Below, piece after piece: positions 16,197 through 29,519 of a stretch of 29,519 nt of DNA (its first letter is position 1; each line of letters opens with the position of its first letter). Source of the stretch: Dehalococcoidia bacterium (lineage in GTDB: Bacteria; Chloroflexota; Dehalococcoidia; DSTF01; JACRBR01); NCBI GenBank assembly GCA_035583735.1, contig DATMAH010000070.1, positions 1 to 29,519 on the forward strand. Reading direction: 5' to 3'. The notes under the pieces were generated by a model. That model was not told the origin of the DNA. It made no database searches and saw only the letters and a program-made list of their open reading frames with translations. A program made the translations under genes and the position numbers.

Positions 16197-16914
16197 CGGT
16201 GTTGCGCAGCCACGTCCGCCCCAGCCGCCGGGCGACGCCCACGCCGAGGTAGCCGCCGACGATCGCCCCCGCCGCCATCACGGCAGCCGGCGCCCACTCC
16301 ACCGGCCCGAACAGCGCGAAATACACCACCGCGACGGCGTTGATGATCAGCGAGCTCATGCCCTTCAGCGCGTTGAGCTGCTGGATGCCGCCGACCAGGA
16401 ACACCATGAACACCGCCAGCGTCATGATCCCCAGCGCCGCGCCGAAGTACGCGCCGTACACCCCCAGCAGGAACATCGAGACGACGACCGGCGCCGCCAT
16501 GCGCCCCGTCTCCGCGAACGCCGCCCGGTGCCGCTCCGTGTACACCGCGATGCGGTCCTGCAGCGCCATCACGGCCGCCGCGAAGACGATGAGAAACGGC
16601 ACCACGGCGTCGAACGCCGCCGACGGCGTCGCCAGCAGCACCACCGCGCCGACCAGCGCGCCCGCGACGTTCGGCACCGTGAGCTGCGCCAGCCGCCCCC
16701 ACTGGCCCCGCAGCTCCTCGCGGTAGCCGATCGACCCGCCCACGTAGCCCGGCCAGAGCGCCACGGTGTTCGTGACGTTCGCCGTCTTCGCCGGGTAGCC
16801 CGCCGCGATCAGCGCCGGAAAGCTGATCAGGGAACCGCCGCCGGCGACGGCGTTGATGGCGCCCGCGGCGAACGCCGCGGCGGCGAGCAGCGCGTACTCC
16901 CAGGCCTCCTCCAC
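16141..16914 (-). CDS. Sulfite exporter TauE/SafE family (TSUP) membrane protein
   Basis: AGAINAVAGGGSLISFPAL, ANVTNTVALWPG, GVYGAYFGAALG and LNALK. Start GTG 16914 (MEEAWEY); 257 aa. Confidence 0.9.
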   Translation of the reverse strand: MEEAWEYALLAAAAFAAGAINAVAGGGSLISFPALIAAGYPAKTANVTNTVALWPGYVGGSIGYREELRGQWGRLAQLTVPNVAGALVGAVVLLATPSAAFDAVVPFLIVFAAAVMALQDRIAVYTERHRAAFAETGRMAAPVVVSMFLLGVYGAYFGAALGIMTLAVFMVFLVGGIQQLNALKGMSSLIINAVAVVYFALFGPVEWAPAAVMAAGAIVGGYLGVGVARRLGRTWLRNTVIAYALVVAAVLFAQLVA

Positions 16915-16990
16915 CCGGCCACGATGCCGCCTCCCCGGCCTACGCGCTACCCGCTGTAGACTGAACCGCAGCGCCGCGCGAGGTGTGGAG

Positions 16991-18826
16991 ATGACGACGA
17001 CGGACAGACGCCCGGAGACAACAGGCGGCATCGATTACGCCGCGATGGAGAGCCCCATCGGCCTCAACTGGTGGGACCTCGACCCCAATCTGCGCCAGCT
17101 CGTCGAGCGGCTGGCGCACCCGGACGACCGCGCTTTTGCCGAACGCCACCTGCGCAACATGGGCGGCGTCATCGGCGAGCGCGTCGCGGCGCGCTCCGAG
17201 GAGACCGACAAGAACCCGCCGCGCCTGGAGAAGTACGACCGATGGGGCCACGAGGTGAACGAGGTCGTCCACCACCAGAGCGCCATCGATACCAAGCGCG
17301 ACCTCTGGGACAACGGCTTCCTGGGCCTGCGCTGGACCGAGGAGGCGCGCCGCACCAGCAGCGGCCACCTGCCGCCCGTCGTGCAGACCGGCTTCCTCTA
17401 CCTCCTCAACCAGGCCGATACCGGCATGGCCTGCGGCATCGGCATGACCAGCAGCGCGGCCGGCATCATCAACCGGCATGCCCCGCCGCACATCCGCGAG
17501 CTGTTTCTCCCCCACCTGACGGCCATGCAGTTCGGCGAGGCGTGGGCCGGCGGCATGTTCATGACCGAAGTGCGCGGCGGCAGCGACCTCGCGTCGAGCG
17601 AGTGCAGCGCGACGAAGGCGGACGATGGCACGTGGCGCATCAACGGCTCGAAGTGGTTCTGCTCCAACCTGGACGCCGAGGCGATCCTCACGCTCGCCAG
17701 GCCGGAGGGCGGACGGGAGGGCCTCGCCGGCCTGGCGACGTTCCTCGTGCCGAAGTACCGGCGCGACGGCAGCCTCAACGGGCGCCATATTCGCCGCCTC
17801 AAGGACAAGCTGGGCACGAAGTCCGTCCCCACGGGCGAGGTCGACTTCGTGGATGCGGAGGCGTACCTCATGGGCCGCGAGCAGGGCGACGCGCCCGCGC
17901 GACTCGAGACGGACGGCGACGGCGCCTCCGATGGCGCCGCGCGCGATGGCCGCGGCATCAACCGCATGATGGAGATGGTGCAGGGCTCACGCTTCGGCGT
18001 GGCGCTGATGGGCCTCGGCATCATGCGCCGCAGCTTCGTGGAGTCGGCCATCTACGCCCACCACCGCGAGGCGTTCGGCCAGCTCATCGCCGGCTTCCCG
18101 CTGATGCGGGAGACGCTCGCCGACATGGCCGTGGACGTCGAGGCGGGGTGCGCGCTCGCGTTCGAGGCGGCGGAAGCCGGCGCGCGCAAGGACGACGAGT
18201 CGCGACGGCTCTACCGGATCCTCGTCCCGCTGGCCAAGCTGCGCTGCACGCGCAAGGGCATCGAGCTGGCGTCGCAGGCCGTCGAGGTCCACGGCGGCAA
18301 CGGCTACATCGAGAACTGGCCGGTCGCCCGCCAGCTCCGCGATGCGCAGTGCCACACGATCTGGGAGGGCACGGAGAACATCATCTGCCTCGACGTCCTG
18401 CGGGCGATGCAGAAGGAGCGCGCCGACGAGACGCTCTTCGCGCGCGTCGAGCGTTCCCTCGGCGGGGCGGAGCATCCGGCCGTGCGGCGGTCGGCGTCGG
18501 CCATCGGGCGGGCGGTGGATGAGCTGCGGGAGGCCGCGGCGTACATCGAGCGGGCGCCGCAGGACGTCCGGCTGCTCAACGCGCGCCGCCTCGCCAACTA
18601 CATGGCGGACGTCGCGCAGGCGGCGCTGCTGGTCGAGGAGGCGGCGTGGGAGCTGGAGCACAAGGGGTCGGCGCGGAAGGCGCTGGTCGCCCACCGCTTC
18701 GTCGACAAGTACCTGGTGGAACACCCCGCGCGCGGCATCACCTCGCCTGACCGCACCGTCCTCGATTACTTCGGGCCGATCGTGTCGTACGAACCGGTAT
18801 CACCCGCGGGCGTGGACCTTGGCTGA
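16991..18826 (+). CDS. Acyl-CoA dehydrogenase family protein, AidB-like
   Basis: MFMTEVRGGSDL, WRINGSKWFCSN, RLKDKLGTKSVPTGEV, REAFG, EVHGGNGYIE and IWEGTENIICLDVLRA; start ATG 16991; 611 aa. Confidence 0.9.
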   Translation: MTTTDRRPETTGGIDYAAMESPIGLNWWDLDPNLRQLVERLAHPDDRAFAERHLRNMGGVIGERVAARSEETDKNPPRLEKYDRWGHEVNEVVHHQSAIDTKRDLWDNGFLGLRWTEEARRTSSGHLPPVVQTGFLYLLNQADTGMACGIGMTSSAAGIINRHAPPHIRELFLPHLTAMQFGEAWAGGMFMTEVRGGSDLASSECSATKADDGTWRINGSKWFCSNLDAEAILTLARPEGGREGLAGLATFLVPKYRRDGSLNGRHIRRLKDKLGTKSVPTGEVDFVDAEAYLMGREQGDAPARLETDGDGASDGAARDGRGINRMMEMVQGSRFGVALMGLGIMRRSFVESAIYAHHREAFGQLIAGFPLMRETLADMAVDVEAGCALAFEAAEAGARKDDESRRLYRILVPLAKLRCTRKGIELASQAVEVHGGNGYIENWPVARQLRDAQCHTIWEGTENIICLDVLRAMQKERADETLFARVERSLGGAEHPAVRRSASAIGRAVDELREAAAYIERAPQDVRLLNARRLANYMADVAQAALLVEEAAWELEHKGSARKALVAHRFVDKYLVEHPARGITSPDRTVLDYFGPIVSYEPVSPAGVDLG

Positions 18827-18847
18827 CGCGCCGCGAGGGCCGCTGAT

Positions 18848-19297
18848 TCAGCGCGACGGCGCCCGCTGCGCGACTTTCCCCAGCCCGCTGGCGATGGCCC
18901 GCAGCTCGCTGTCCGTGAGTGCGGACGTGAAGTACTCCCGCACCGCCCGGTCATACACCGGCGCCGAACGCCGGAGCGCCGCGCGCCCGGCCGCCGTGAT
19001 GACGGCGACGGTGCCGCGCGCGTCCTCCGGCGCCGGTTGCCGCCGCACGAGCCCCGCCGCCTCCATGCGGTCGACGAGCCGCGTCAGGCCGCTCTTGCTC
19101 AGGAGCACCGAGCGGGCGAGTTCCTGCATGCGCAGCCGTCCGCCGGCGTCCGCGAGCTGCGCCAGCACGTCGTGCCAGGCGAGCGACACGTGTCCACCCT
19201 GCGCGAGGTCGCGCTCGATGGCGGCGACGAGTCTGGCGTGCGCCTCCAGGAAGCTGCGCCACGTGCGGGTCGAGTCGCGGTTGGGCCCTCTGGCCAT
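18848..19297 (-). CDS. MarR family transcriptional regulator
   Basis: RLRMQELARSVLLSKSGLTRLVDRMEAAGLVRR...DARG...TAAG; start ATG 19297; 149 aa; divergent from pirin. Confidence 0.92.
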   Translation of the reverse strand: MARGPNRDSTRTWRSFLEAHARLVAAIERDLAQGGHVSLAWHDVLAQLADAGGRLRMQELARSVLLSKSGLTRLVDRMEAAGLVRRQPAPEDARGTVAVITAAGRAALRRSAPVYDRAVREYFTSALTDSELRAIASGLGKVAQRAPSR

Positions 19298-19406
19298 CGT
19301 TACCCCCTGTCCCGGCGCGTCTCCAGAGAATGGCATCGCGCGCCCGCGGGTGGTGAAATGCGCCTGGTGCGATGGAACCTGCCTGTGCACATGCTAGCGA
19401 CAGCGC

Positions 19407-19422
19407 AGTTGAGCGCGCAATA
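19407..19422. promoter_or_regulatory. Possible MarR operator (imperfect palindrome TTG-N6-CAA)
   Basis: AG-TTG-AGCGCG-CAA-TA in the marR/pirin divergent spacer. Confidence 0.35.
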
Positions 19423-19471
19423 AGTCTGCGGGCGTGGTTGCTTCAGCAACAAGGAAGGCTGAAGGCGCGTG

Positions 19472-20206
19472 ATGGCGGCAGGACCTGACCGGGCGGCGCG
19501 CATGCGCATCCGGCGCGACAGCGAGATCTTCGAGACCGACGGCGGCTGGTTCCACGCCCGCTGGCACTTCAGCTTTGACCGCTACTACGACCCGGAGAAC
19601 ATGAGCGTGGGGGCGCTCCGCGTCTTCAACCACGACACGCTCCGGCCGGGCGCCACCTGGCCCATGCACCCCCACCGCGACGTCGAAGGCGTCACCTACG
19701 TGCCGGCGGGGGAGTTCGAGCACCGGGACTCGCTGGGCAATGGCGGCGTGCTGCGGGCCGGCGGCGTGCAGCGCATGACGCTCGGCAGCGGCGCGTACCA
19801 CTCCGAGAGCAACCACTCCCAGACCGAGCCGATGCAGTTCATCCAGATGTGGATCATGCCCGCGCGGCGCGGCCTCCCGCCCTCGGTGGAGCAGCGGCAG
19901 TACACCGAGGAGGACCGGCGCAACCGCCTGTTGCGCATCCTCAAGCCGGAGGGCGCCGACGGCGAAGGCGTCACCGTGCACCAGGACGCCAGCGTCTTCG
20001 TCTCCCGGCTCGAGCCGGGTCACGCTGTCGCGCACGAGTACGGCGACCGGCGCGCCGGCTACCTCTATCTCATCAGCGGCGAGGCGAAGGTGGACGGCGA
20101 GACGCTGTCGAGGGGCGATGCCGCGAAGCTGTACGGCCCCGGCAGGATCGAAATCAGGGCCGCCGACACCACAGAGCTGGTCCTCGTCGACGTGCCCGAA
20201 CTCTGA
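19472..20206 (+). CDS. Pirin family protein (YhhW-like cupin)
   Basis: HFSFDRYYDP, LRVFNHD, HPHRDVE, HRDSLGN, HSESN and QFIQMWI. Confidence 0.93.
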   Translation: MAAGPDRAARMRIRRDSEIFETDGGWFHARWHFSFDRYYDPENMSVGALRVFNHDTLRPGATWPMHPHRDVEGVTYVPAGEFEHRDSLGNGGVLRAGGVQRMTLGSGAYHSESNHSQTEPMQFIQMWIMPARRGLPPSVEQRQYTEEDRRNRLLRILKPEGADGEGVTVHQDASVFVSRLEPGHAVAHEYGDRRAGYLYLISGEAKVDGETLSRGDAAKLYGPGRIEIRAADTTELVLVDVPEL

Positions 20207-20279
20207 GCGGTGGGGGTTGCGCGGTGCCCGCCGCCTCGCGTATGCTCGGCCTCACTCATGATCCAAGGAGGTTCCTGTT

Positions 20280-21134
20280 ATGACGACGACAGGTGACGGA
20301 CAGGTCAAGGAAGCTGTGCGCGACCAGTGGACGCACGCCGCCGAGGCGTGGACCCGCTGGCACCCGAAGTTCTCGCGGATGTCGCGCGAGGCCACCGAGT
20401 TCGTGTGCGACGCGGCACAACTGGAGCCGGGCATGCAGGTGCTCGACCTCGCCGGCGGCACCGGCGAGCCGGGCCTCACCGCCGCGCAGCGCGTCGCCCC
20501 CGGGGGGACGGTGGTGTGCACCGACTTCGTGCCCGGGATGGTGGCGGCCGCCGAAGCGAACGCCCGGGCGGCGGGCATCACCAACATGAAGTTCCAGCAG
20601 GTCGACGCCGAGGACATCCCGTTTGAGGATGCCAGCTTCGACCGCGTCGTCTCCCGTTGGGGGGTCATGTTCTTCCCCAACACGCAGAAGGCGCTCAGCG
20701 AGATCAGGCGCGTGCTGAAGCCGGGATCGCGCGCCACCTTCGCCGTCTGGCAGGCGGTCGGCAAGAACGGCTGGTTTAACGACCTCAACGAGTTGCTGCG
20801 CGGGGCCGGGCTCCTGCAGCCGCCTGCGCCTGGCATGCCGACCCCGTTCCGCTTCGGCGAGTCCGGCTCGCTCCCCCGCGAGCTCGAGGCCGCCGGCTTT
20901 CGCGAGGTCGCCGAGCGCCCGCACGAGTTGCCGTGGTGCTGGCCGGGGCCGCCGGAGGAGTACCTGCAGTTCATCCAGGCGACGTTCCCGGCCTGGCGCC
21001 GCGGCCTCGAATCCGCCGAGGAGCCGACACGCGCCCGTGTGCTGCAGGAGATGCACGACGTGGTCAGCCGCTCCTATGACGGGGACCTCATCCGGTTCGG
21101 CGGGCACATCTTCATCGTGACGGCCGTCAGGTAG
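20280..21134 (+). CDS. Class I SAM-dependent methyltransferase (UbiE-like fold)
   Basis: VLDLAGGTGEP, DAEDIPFEDASFDRVVSRWGVMFFP and RRVLKPG; AAGGAGG RBS; 284 aa. Confidence 0.92.
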   Translation: MTTTGDGQVKEAVRDQWTHAAEAWTRWHPKFSRMSREATEFVCDAAQLEPGMQVLDLAGGTGEPGLTAAQRVAPGGTVVCTDFVPGMVAAAEANARAAGITNMKFQQVDAEDIPFEDASFDRVVSRWGVMFFPNTQKALSEIRRVLKPGSRATFAVWQAVGKNGWFNDLNELLRGAGLLQPPAPGMPTPFRFGESGSLPRELEAAGFREVAERPHELPWCWPGPPEEYLQFIQATFPAWRRGLESAEEPTRARVLQEMHDVVSRSYDGDLIRFGGHIFIVTAVR

Positions 21135-21225
21135 CCCGCGCCTCAAAGCCGAAGCGGCGATGCTGGGCAGGCCGCCCTTGGTCGCGGAATCTGCGCACCC
21201 GGTCCTGGTACGCGATCCGCGCGTA

Positions 21226-21255
21226 TAGACACGGGCCGCCTGCGCGATCTACTAT
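21226..21255 (+). promoter_or_regulatory. Sigma70-type promoter of the pyr operon (TAGACA-18-TACTAT)
   Basis: Near-consensus -35 and -10 elements directly upstream of the PyrR-binding motif. Confidence 0.65.
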
Positions 21256-21268
21256 GCCGTGACGACGA

Positions 21269-21299
21269 CCTTTAATCCGGTCCAGCGAGGCCGGGAAGG
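21269..21299 (+). promoter_or_regulatory. PyrR-binding RNA loop (anti-antiterminator) in the pyr leader
   Basis: CCTTTAA-TCCG-GTCCAGCGAGGC-CGG-GAAGG matches the known PyrR site pattern (CUUUAA...GUCCNGNGAGGC...AAGG); upstream of pyrR. Confidence 0.9.
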
Positions 21300-21305
21300 G
21301 ACTGA

Positions 21306-22968
<1,663 letters not shown>

Positions 22969-22972
<4 letters not shown>

Positions 22973-24330
22973 CGGAGCGCATCGTCATTCGCGGAGGCCG
23001 CGTCATCGACCCGGCCAACGGCATCGATGGGCGCGCCGGCGTCCTCATCGAGGACGGCCGCATCGCCGCCGTGGGAGCCGACCTGCCGTCCGGGGCGGCG
23101 CGCGAAGTCGACGCGGCGGGCCTCATCGTCGCGCCCGGCTTCGTCGACCTGCACACGCACCTCCGCGACCCCGGCCTCGAGTACAAGGAGGACATCGCTT
23201 CCGGGACGCTGGCCGCGGCGCGGGGTGGCTTCACGACCGTCTGCGCCATGCCCAACACCGAGCCGGCGATGGATACGCGCTCCGTGGTCGAGTACGTCCT
23301 GCGGCGCGCCGCGGAGGTGGCCTCCGTGCGCGTGCTGCCCATCGGCGCGGTGACCCGCGCCCGCGCCGGCCGCGAGCTGACGGAGTTCGGCGACCTCGCC
23401 GGTGCGGGCTGCATCGCCTTCAGCGACGACGGCGCGCCCGTCTGGGACGCCACGGTGATGCGGCGCGCGCTGGAGTACGCGCGGGCGTTCGGCCTGCCGA
23501 TCATCGACCACTGCGAAGACCCATCGCTGGCGAAGGACGCCGTGATGCATGAAGGCTGGGTGTCGACGCGCCTCGGCCTGCGCGGCGCGCCGGCCGCCGC
23601 CGAGGAGGCCGCCGTCATGCGGGATCTCGCGCTGGCGGAGGCGACGGGCGGCCACGTGCACATCGCCCACATCAGCACACGCGGCGCCGTCGAGGCGGTG
23701 CGGCGGGCGAAAGCGCGCGGGCTGCGCGTCACGGCGGAGGTGACCCCGCATCACCTGGCGCTCACGCACGAGGCCGTGGCGTTCGGAGACGGCGCCGGCG
23801 GGCTGCGCTATGACACGAACGCGAAGGTGAACCCGCCGCTGCGGACGCAGGACGACGTTGATGCCTGCGTCGCCGGCCTCGCGGAGGGCACCATCGACTG
23901 CGTTGCCACGGACCACGCACCGCACGCCTTCATCGAGAAAGAGCGCGAGTTCGACGAGGCGGCGATGGGCATCAGCGGGCTCGAGACGGCGTTCGGCCTG
24001 TGCATGCGGCTGGTGCCGGAACGAATCGACATAACGATGCTGGTGGAGCGCATGGCGCTCGGGCCCGTGCGCGCGCTGGCGCTCGATCGCGCCGTCCCGG
24101 GCATCGGCACGCTCGCCGTCGGAGCGCCGGCCGACGTCGTCCTGCTCGACCCCGACGCGGACTGGGTCGTCGAGCCGGAGACGTTCGCGTCGAAGGGAAA
24201 GAACACGCCGCTCGCCGGCGCGACGCTGCGAGGCCGCGTGCGCATGACCATCGCCGCCGGGCGCATCGTCTACGACGCGGAGCGCGAGGAGGTGCGGCAG
24301 TTCGCCGGGACGGAGGCCGCTCGTGGGTAG
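22969..24330 (+). CDS. pyrC: Dihydroorotase (type I, Bacillus-like)
   Basis: PGFVDLHTHLRDPG, GGFTTVCAMPNT, HIAHIST, AEVTPHHL, KVNPPLR, ATDHAPH and SKGKNTP; start ATG 22969; 453 aa. Confidence 0.96.
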
Positions 24331-25432
24331 GGCGCTGCTCGTGCTGGAGGACGGGACGGTGTTCCACGGCGACGCCATCGGCGCGCCGGTGCGCTCGCAC
24401 GGCGAAGTGGTCTTCTGCACCGCGATGACCGGCTACCAGGAGGCGCTGACCGACCCATCGTTCGCCGAGCAGATCCTGGTGATGACCTACCCGCTCCAGG
24501 GCAACTACGGCATCAACGAGTTCGACGTCGAGTCACGCCGCATCCAGGTGCGGGCGTTCGTCGTGCGCGAGGACTGCGAGCGCCCGAGCCACTGGAAGGC
24601 GAAGCGCACGCTGCACGAGTACCTCGCCGAGAACGAGATCCCCGGCATCGCCGGCGTCGACACGCGCGCGCTCACCCGCAAGCTGCGCATGGGCGGCGTG
24701 ATGATGGGCACCGTGACGCACGACGAGACGCCGGAGCAGGCGCTGGGCCGCCTGCGCGACCTGCCGCGCTACGGCTCGACGGACCTGGTGCCGTGGGTCA
24801 GCACCCGGCAGCCGTACGACTATCCGCCGGACGGCCCGCGTCCCTCAGGCCATCGCATCGTCGTGCTGGACCTGGGCGTGAAGTTCAACATCCTGCGCGT
24901 GCTGCATCGCCTCGGCTGCGCGCCGACGGTGGTGCCCGCCCGCGCGTCGGCCGCCGATATCCTGGCGCTGAATCCGGACGGCGTGCTGCTCTCGCCGGGG
25001 CCAGGCGACCCGGCGCTGCTGGACTATGCGGTGGAGGCGGCGCGGGGGCTCGTCGGCAAGACGCCGATCATGGGCATCTGCCTGGGCCACCAGGTGATGG
25101 GCGAGGTCTTCGGCGCCCGCACCTACAAGCTGAAGTTCGGGCACCGCGGCGCGAACCACCCCGTGCGCGACGAGGCGACGGGACGCGTCTACGTGACGGC
25201 GCAGAACCACGGCTACGCCGTCGACGACGCCGGCCTGCCGCCGGAGGTGGAGGTGAGCCACCGCAACGTCAACGACGGCACCGTCGAGGGCCTGCGCCAC
25301 AGGACCGAGCCCGTGATGACGATCCAGTACCACGCGGAGGCGTCGCCCGGGCCCCACGACAGCATGTACCTCTTCGAGCGCTTCATCGAGATGGTGGAGC
25401 AGTCGAAGGCCGCCGTGCGCCGGAGCGATTAG
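24323..25432 (+). CDS. carA: Carbamoyl-phosphate synthase small subunit
   Basis: GEVVFCTAMTGYQEALTDPS, LSPGPGDP, GICLGHQ, GHRGANHPV, AQNHGYAV and QYHAEASPGPHD. Confidence 0.97.
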   Translation: MGRALLVLEDGTVFHGDAIGAPVRSHGEVVFCTAMTGYQEALTDPSFAEQILVMTYPLQGNYGINEFDVESRRIQVRAFVVREDCERPSHWKAKRTLHEYLAENEIPGIAGVDTRALTRKLRMGGVMMGTVTHDETPEQALGRLRDLPRYGSTDLVPWVSTRQPYDYPPDGPRPSGHRIVVLDLGVKFNILRVLHRLGCAPTVVPARASAADILALNPDGVLLSPGPGDPALLDYAVEAARGLVGKTPIMGICLGHQVMGEVFGARTYKLKFGHRGANHPVRDEATGRVYVTAQNHGYAVDDAGLPPEVEVSHRNVNDGTVEGLRHRTEPVMTIQYHAEASPGPHDSMYLFERFIEMVEQSKAAVRRSD

Positions 25433-25479
25433 AATGAGGCACCGCAGACAATGCAGACCGGCAGCCGCAGGAGGCCGTC

Positions 25480-25953
25480 ATGAGTGACACGAACGTCAAG
25501 ACGGAGCCAACGTACCGCCAGGCCAACATCAACGACGCTGACGCTATCGCCGACGTCATCGCGGACGTCGTGCAGGAGCCGAATCCCGTCGCGTTCGACC
25601 ATGCGTGGACTCCTGCGGAGGTGCGTACCTGGCTCTCGCGCATGGGCGGCGAGGGCGGCGCGTTCCTCGCCATCATCGATGGCCGCGTCGTCGGCTTCGC
25701 CGCCCTGGACTACAACACCTTCGAGCCGGAGACCGTGGTGCTGGGCGTCTGGATGCGGCGCGAGGCGCGGCGCAAGGGCATCGGCACATCGCTGGCCGAG
25801 TACGCGCTGGGGTTCGCGCGCGACAAGGGATACAAGCGCATCGTCGGGCGGCTGCCCCAGAACAACGAGGTGGCGCTGTCGTTCCTGAGCAGCATCGGGG
25901 CGCTGGTGCCCATCTACAACCCGGAGGCGCGGTTCGAGCTGCCGCTCGTCTGA
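25480..25953 (+). CDS. GNAT family N-acetyltransferase
   Basis: GRVVGFA, motif A ARRKGIGTSL, KGYKRI and NNEVALSF; AGGAGG RBS; 157 aa. Confidence 0.85.
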   Translation: MSDTNVKTEPTYRQANINDADAIADVIADVVQEPNPVAFDHAWTPAEVRTWLSRMGGEGGAFLAIIDGRVVGFAALDYNTFEPETVVLGVWMRREARRKGIGTSLAEYALGFARDKGYKRIVGRLPQNNEVALSFLSSIGALVPIYNPEARFELPLV

Positions 25954-25988
25954 CGGCAGGACGGCGCGTGCGGATACAGGCGGGGATC

Positions 25989-26528
25989 GTGGCGACGAAG
26001 AGCCCGGAGACGAGAGTGGCGCGAGCGGCCCGGCGCGGCTCCGACGACCTTCGCTTCGGCGAGGTGCTGAAGCGCATCGACGTCTACGGCCGTCTCGCCT
26101 ACGGCGGGCAGTGCGTCGCCGCTATGGCGATGATCGCCGCGCCCATCCTCTTCATCGCAGCGACCGTCGCGCCCTTCGCGCTCTGGGACGACAACCGCGC
26201 CGAGGCGCTGACGTTCTGGCTTGGCGGCTGGGCGCTCGCCGCCGGCGTCGAGGCCGCGGCGATCGCGTTCGCCGTATTCTGCTGGCGCTGGTCGGGCGAC
26301 TGGATCACGGAGTGGCCCGGATACGCCGTCGGCGTCGGCATCGGCATCGTCGCCAACGGTGTGCTGGCGTTCATGCTCACGTCGACGCCGGTGCCGGTGA
26401 TCGCGTCGTTCGGGATCACCATCGGCGCCGCCTTCCTGGCGGGCTTCGTCGTGGCGGGGAACCTCGGTGGCACGAAGGTGCTGGTCGAGCAGCGCGAGCG
26501 CCGCATGCGCGCTACGAGGCGTCGTTAG
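25989..26528 (+). CDS. Hypothetical integral membrane protein (about 4 TM)
   Basis: Start GTG 25989 (MATKSPET) within ORF 25605..26528; four hydrophobic segments flanked by Arg-rich ends; 179 aa. Confidence 0.7.
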   Translation: MATKSPETRVARAARRGSDDLRFGEVLKRIDVYGRLAYGGQCVAAMAMIAAPILFIAATVAPFALWDDNRAEALTFWLGGWALAAGVEAAAIAFAVFCWRWSGDWITEWPGYAVGVGIGIVANGVLAFMLTSTPVPVIASFGITIGAAFLAGFVVAGNLGGTKVLVEQRERRMRATRRR

Positions 26529-26559
26529 CGGGATGGTGGGTGGAATGACAGCGCGGATC

Positions 26560-26581
26560 GGGCGGCCACGCGGGGCCGCCC
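26560..26581 (+). other. Perfect 8-bp GC hairpin upstream of carB
   Basis: GGGCGGCC-acgcgg-GGCCGCCC followed by ATTCAGT. Confidence 0.45.
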
Positions 26582-26615
26582 ATTCAGTGCGCGAGAGCGC
26601 GCGAAACGAGGACGA

Positions 26616-29519
<2,904 letters not shown>

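Noticed and set aside
21209-21225. Inverted repeat TACGCG-N5-CGCGTA just upstream of the pyr -35
   Set aside because: Only 6-bp GC-rich arms, seen once, with no candidate regulator; likely chance.

Overview
High-GC (about 70%) bacterial chromosomal window. The gene style (Pro/Thr-rich lipoprotein linkers, CarB insertions, PyrR attenuator) suggests Chloroflexota, possibly Dehalococcoidia-like; this is inference. Left to right: partial LarA-like gene, PIG-L/MshB-like deacetylase, SH3-like + L,D-transpeptidase lipoprotein, an unexplained structured ~350-bp intergenic region, and DUF167/YggU. Next is a complete minus-strand phosphate locus (pstS1-pstS2-pstC-pstA-pstB-phoU-phoB-phoR) with a tandem pstS duplication, a PAP2-family gene, and two tandem PQQ-dependent sugar dehydrogenase lipoproteins. 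A small accessory patch follows (lower-GC DUF4236-TPR gene, DUF3159 gene, lower-GC Cys/His orphan), then TauE, an AidB-like acyl-CoA dehydrogenase, MarR/pirin and a SAM methyltransferase. The window ends with a PyrR-attenuated operon pyrR-pyrB-pyrC-carA-GNAT-membrane protein-carB. carB runs off the right edge and is missing from the ORF track. I found no tRNA, rRNA, CRISPR array, transposase or integrase. Best leads: (i) two candidate Pho-box promoters with the same geometry (11-bp-phased TTAA repeats, 11 nt, then TAGnnT), one before each pstS copy; (ii) a candidate ~270-nt structured ncRNA or MITE at 1971-2242; (iii) the two lower-GC uncharacterised genes at 13.8-16.2 kb. None of these is established as a new system from sequence alone.
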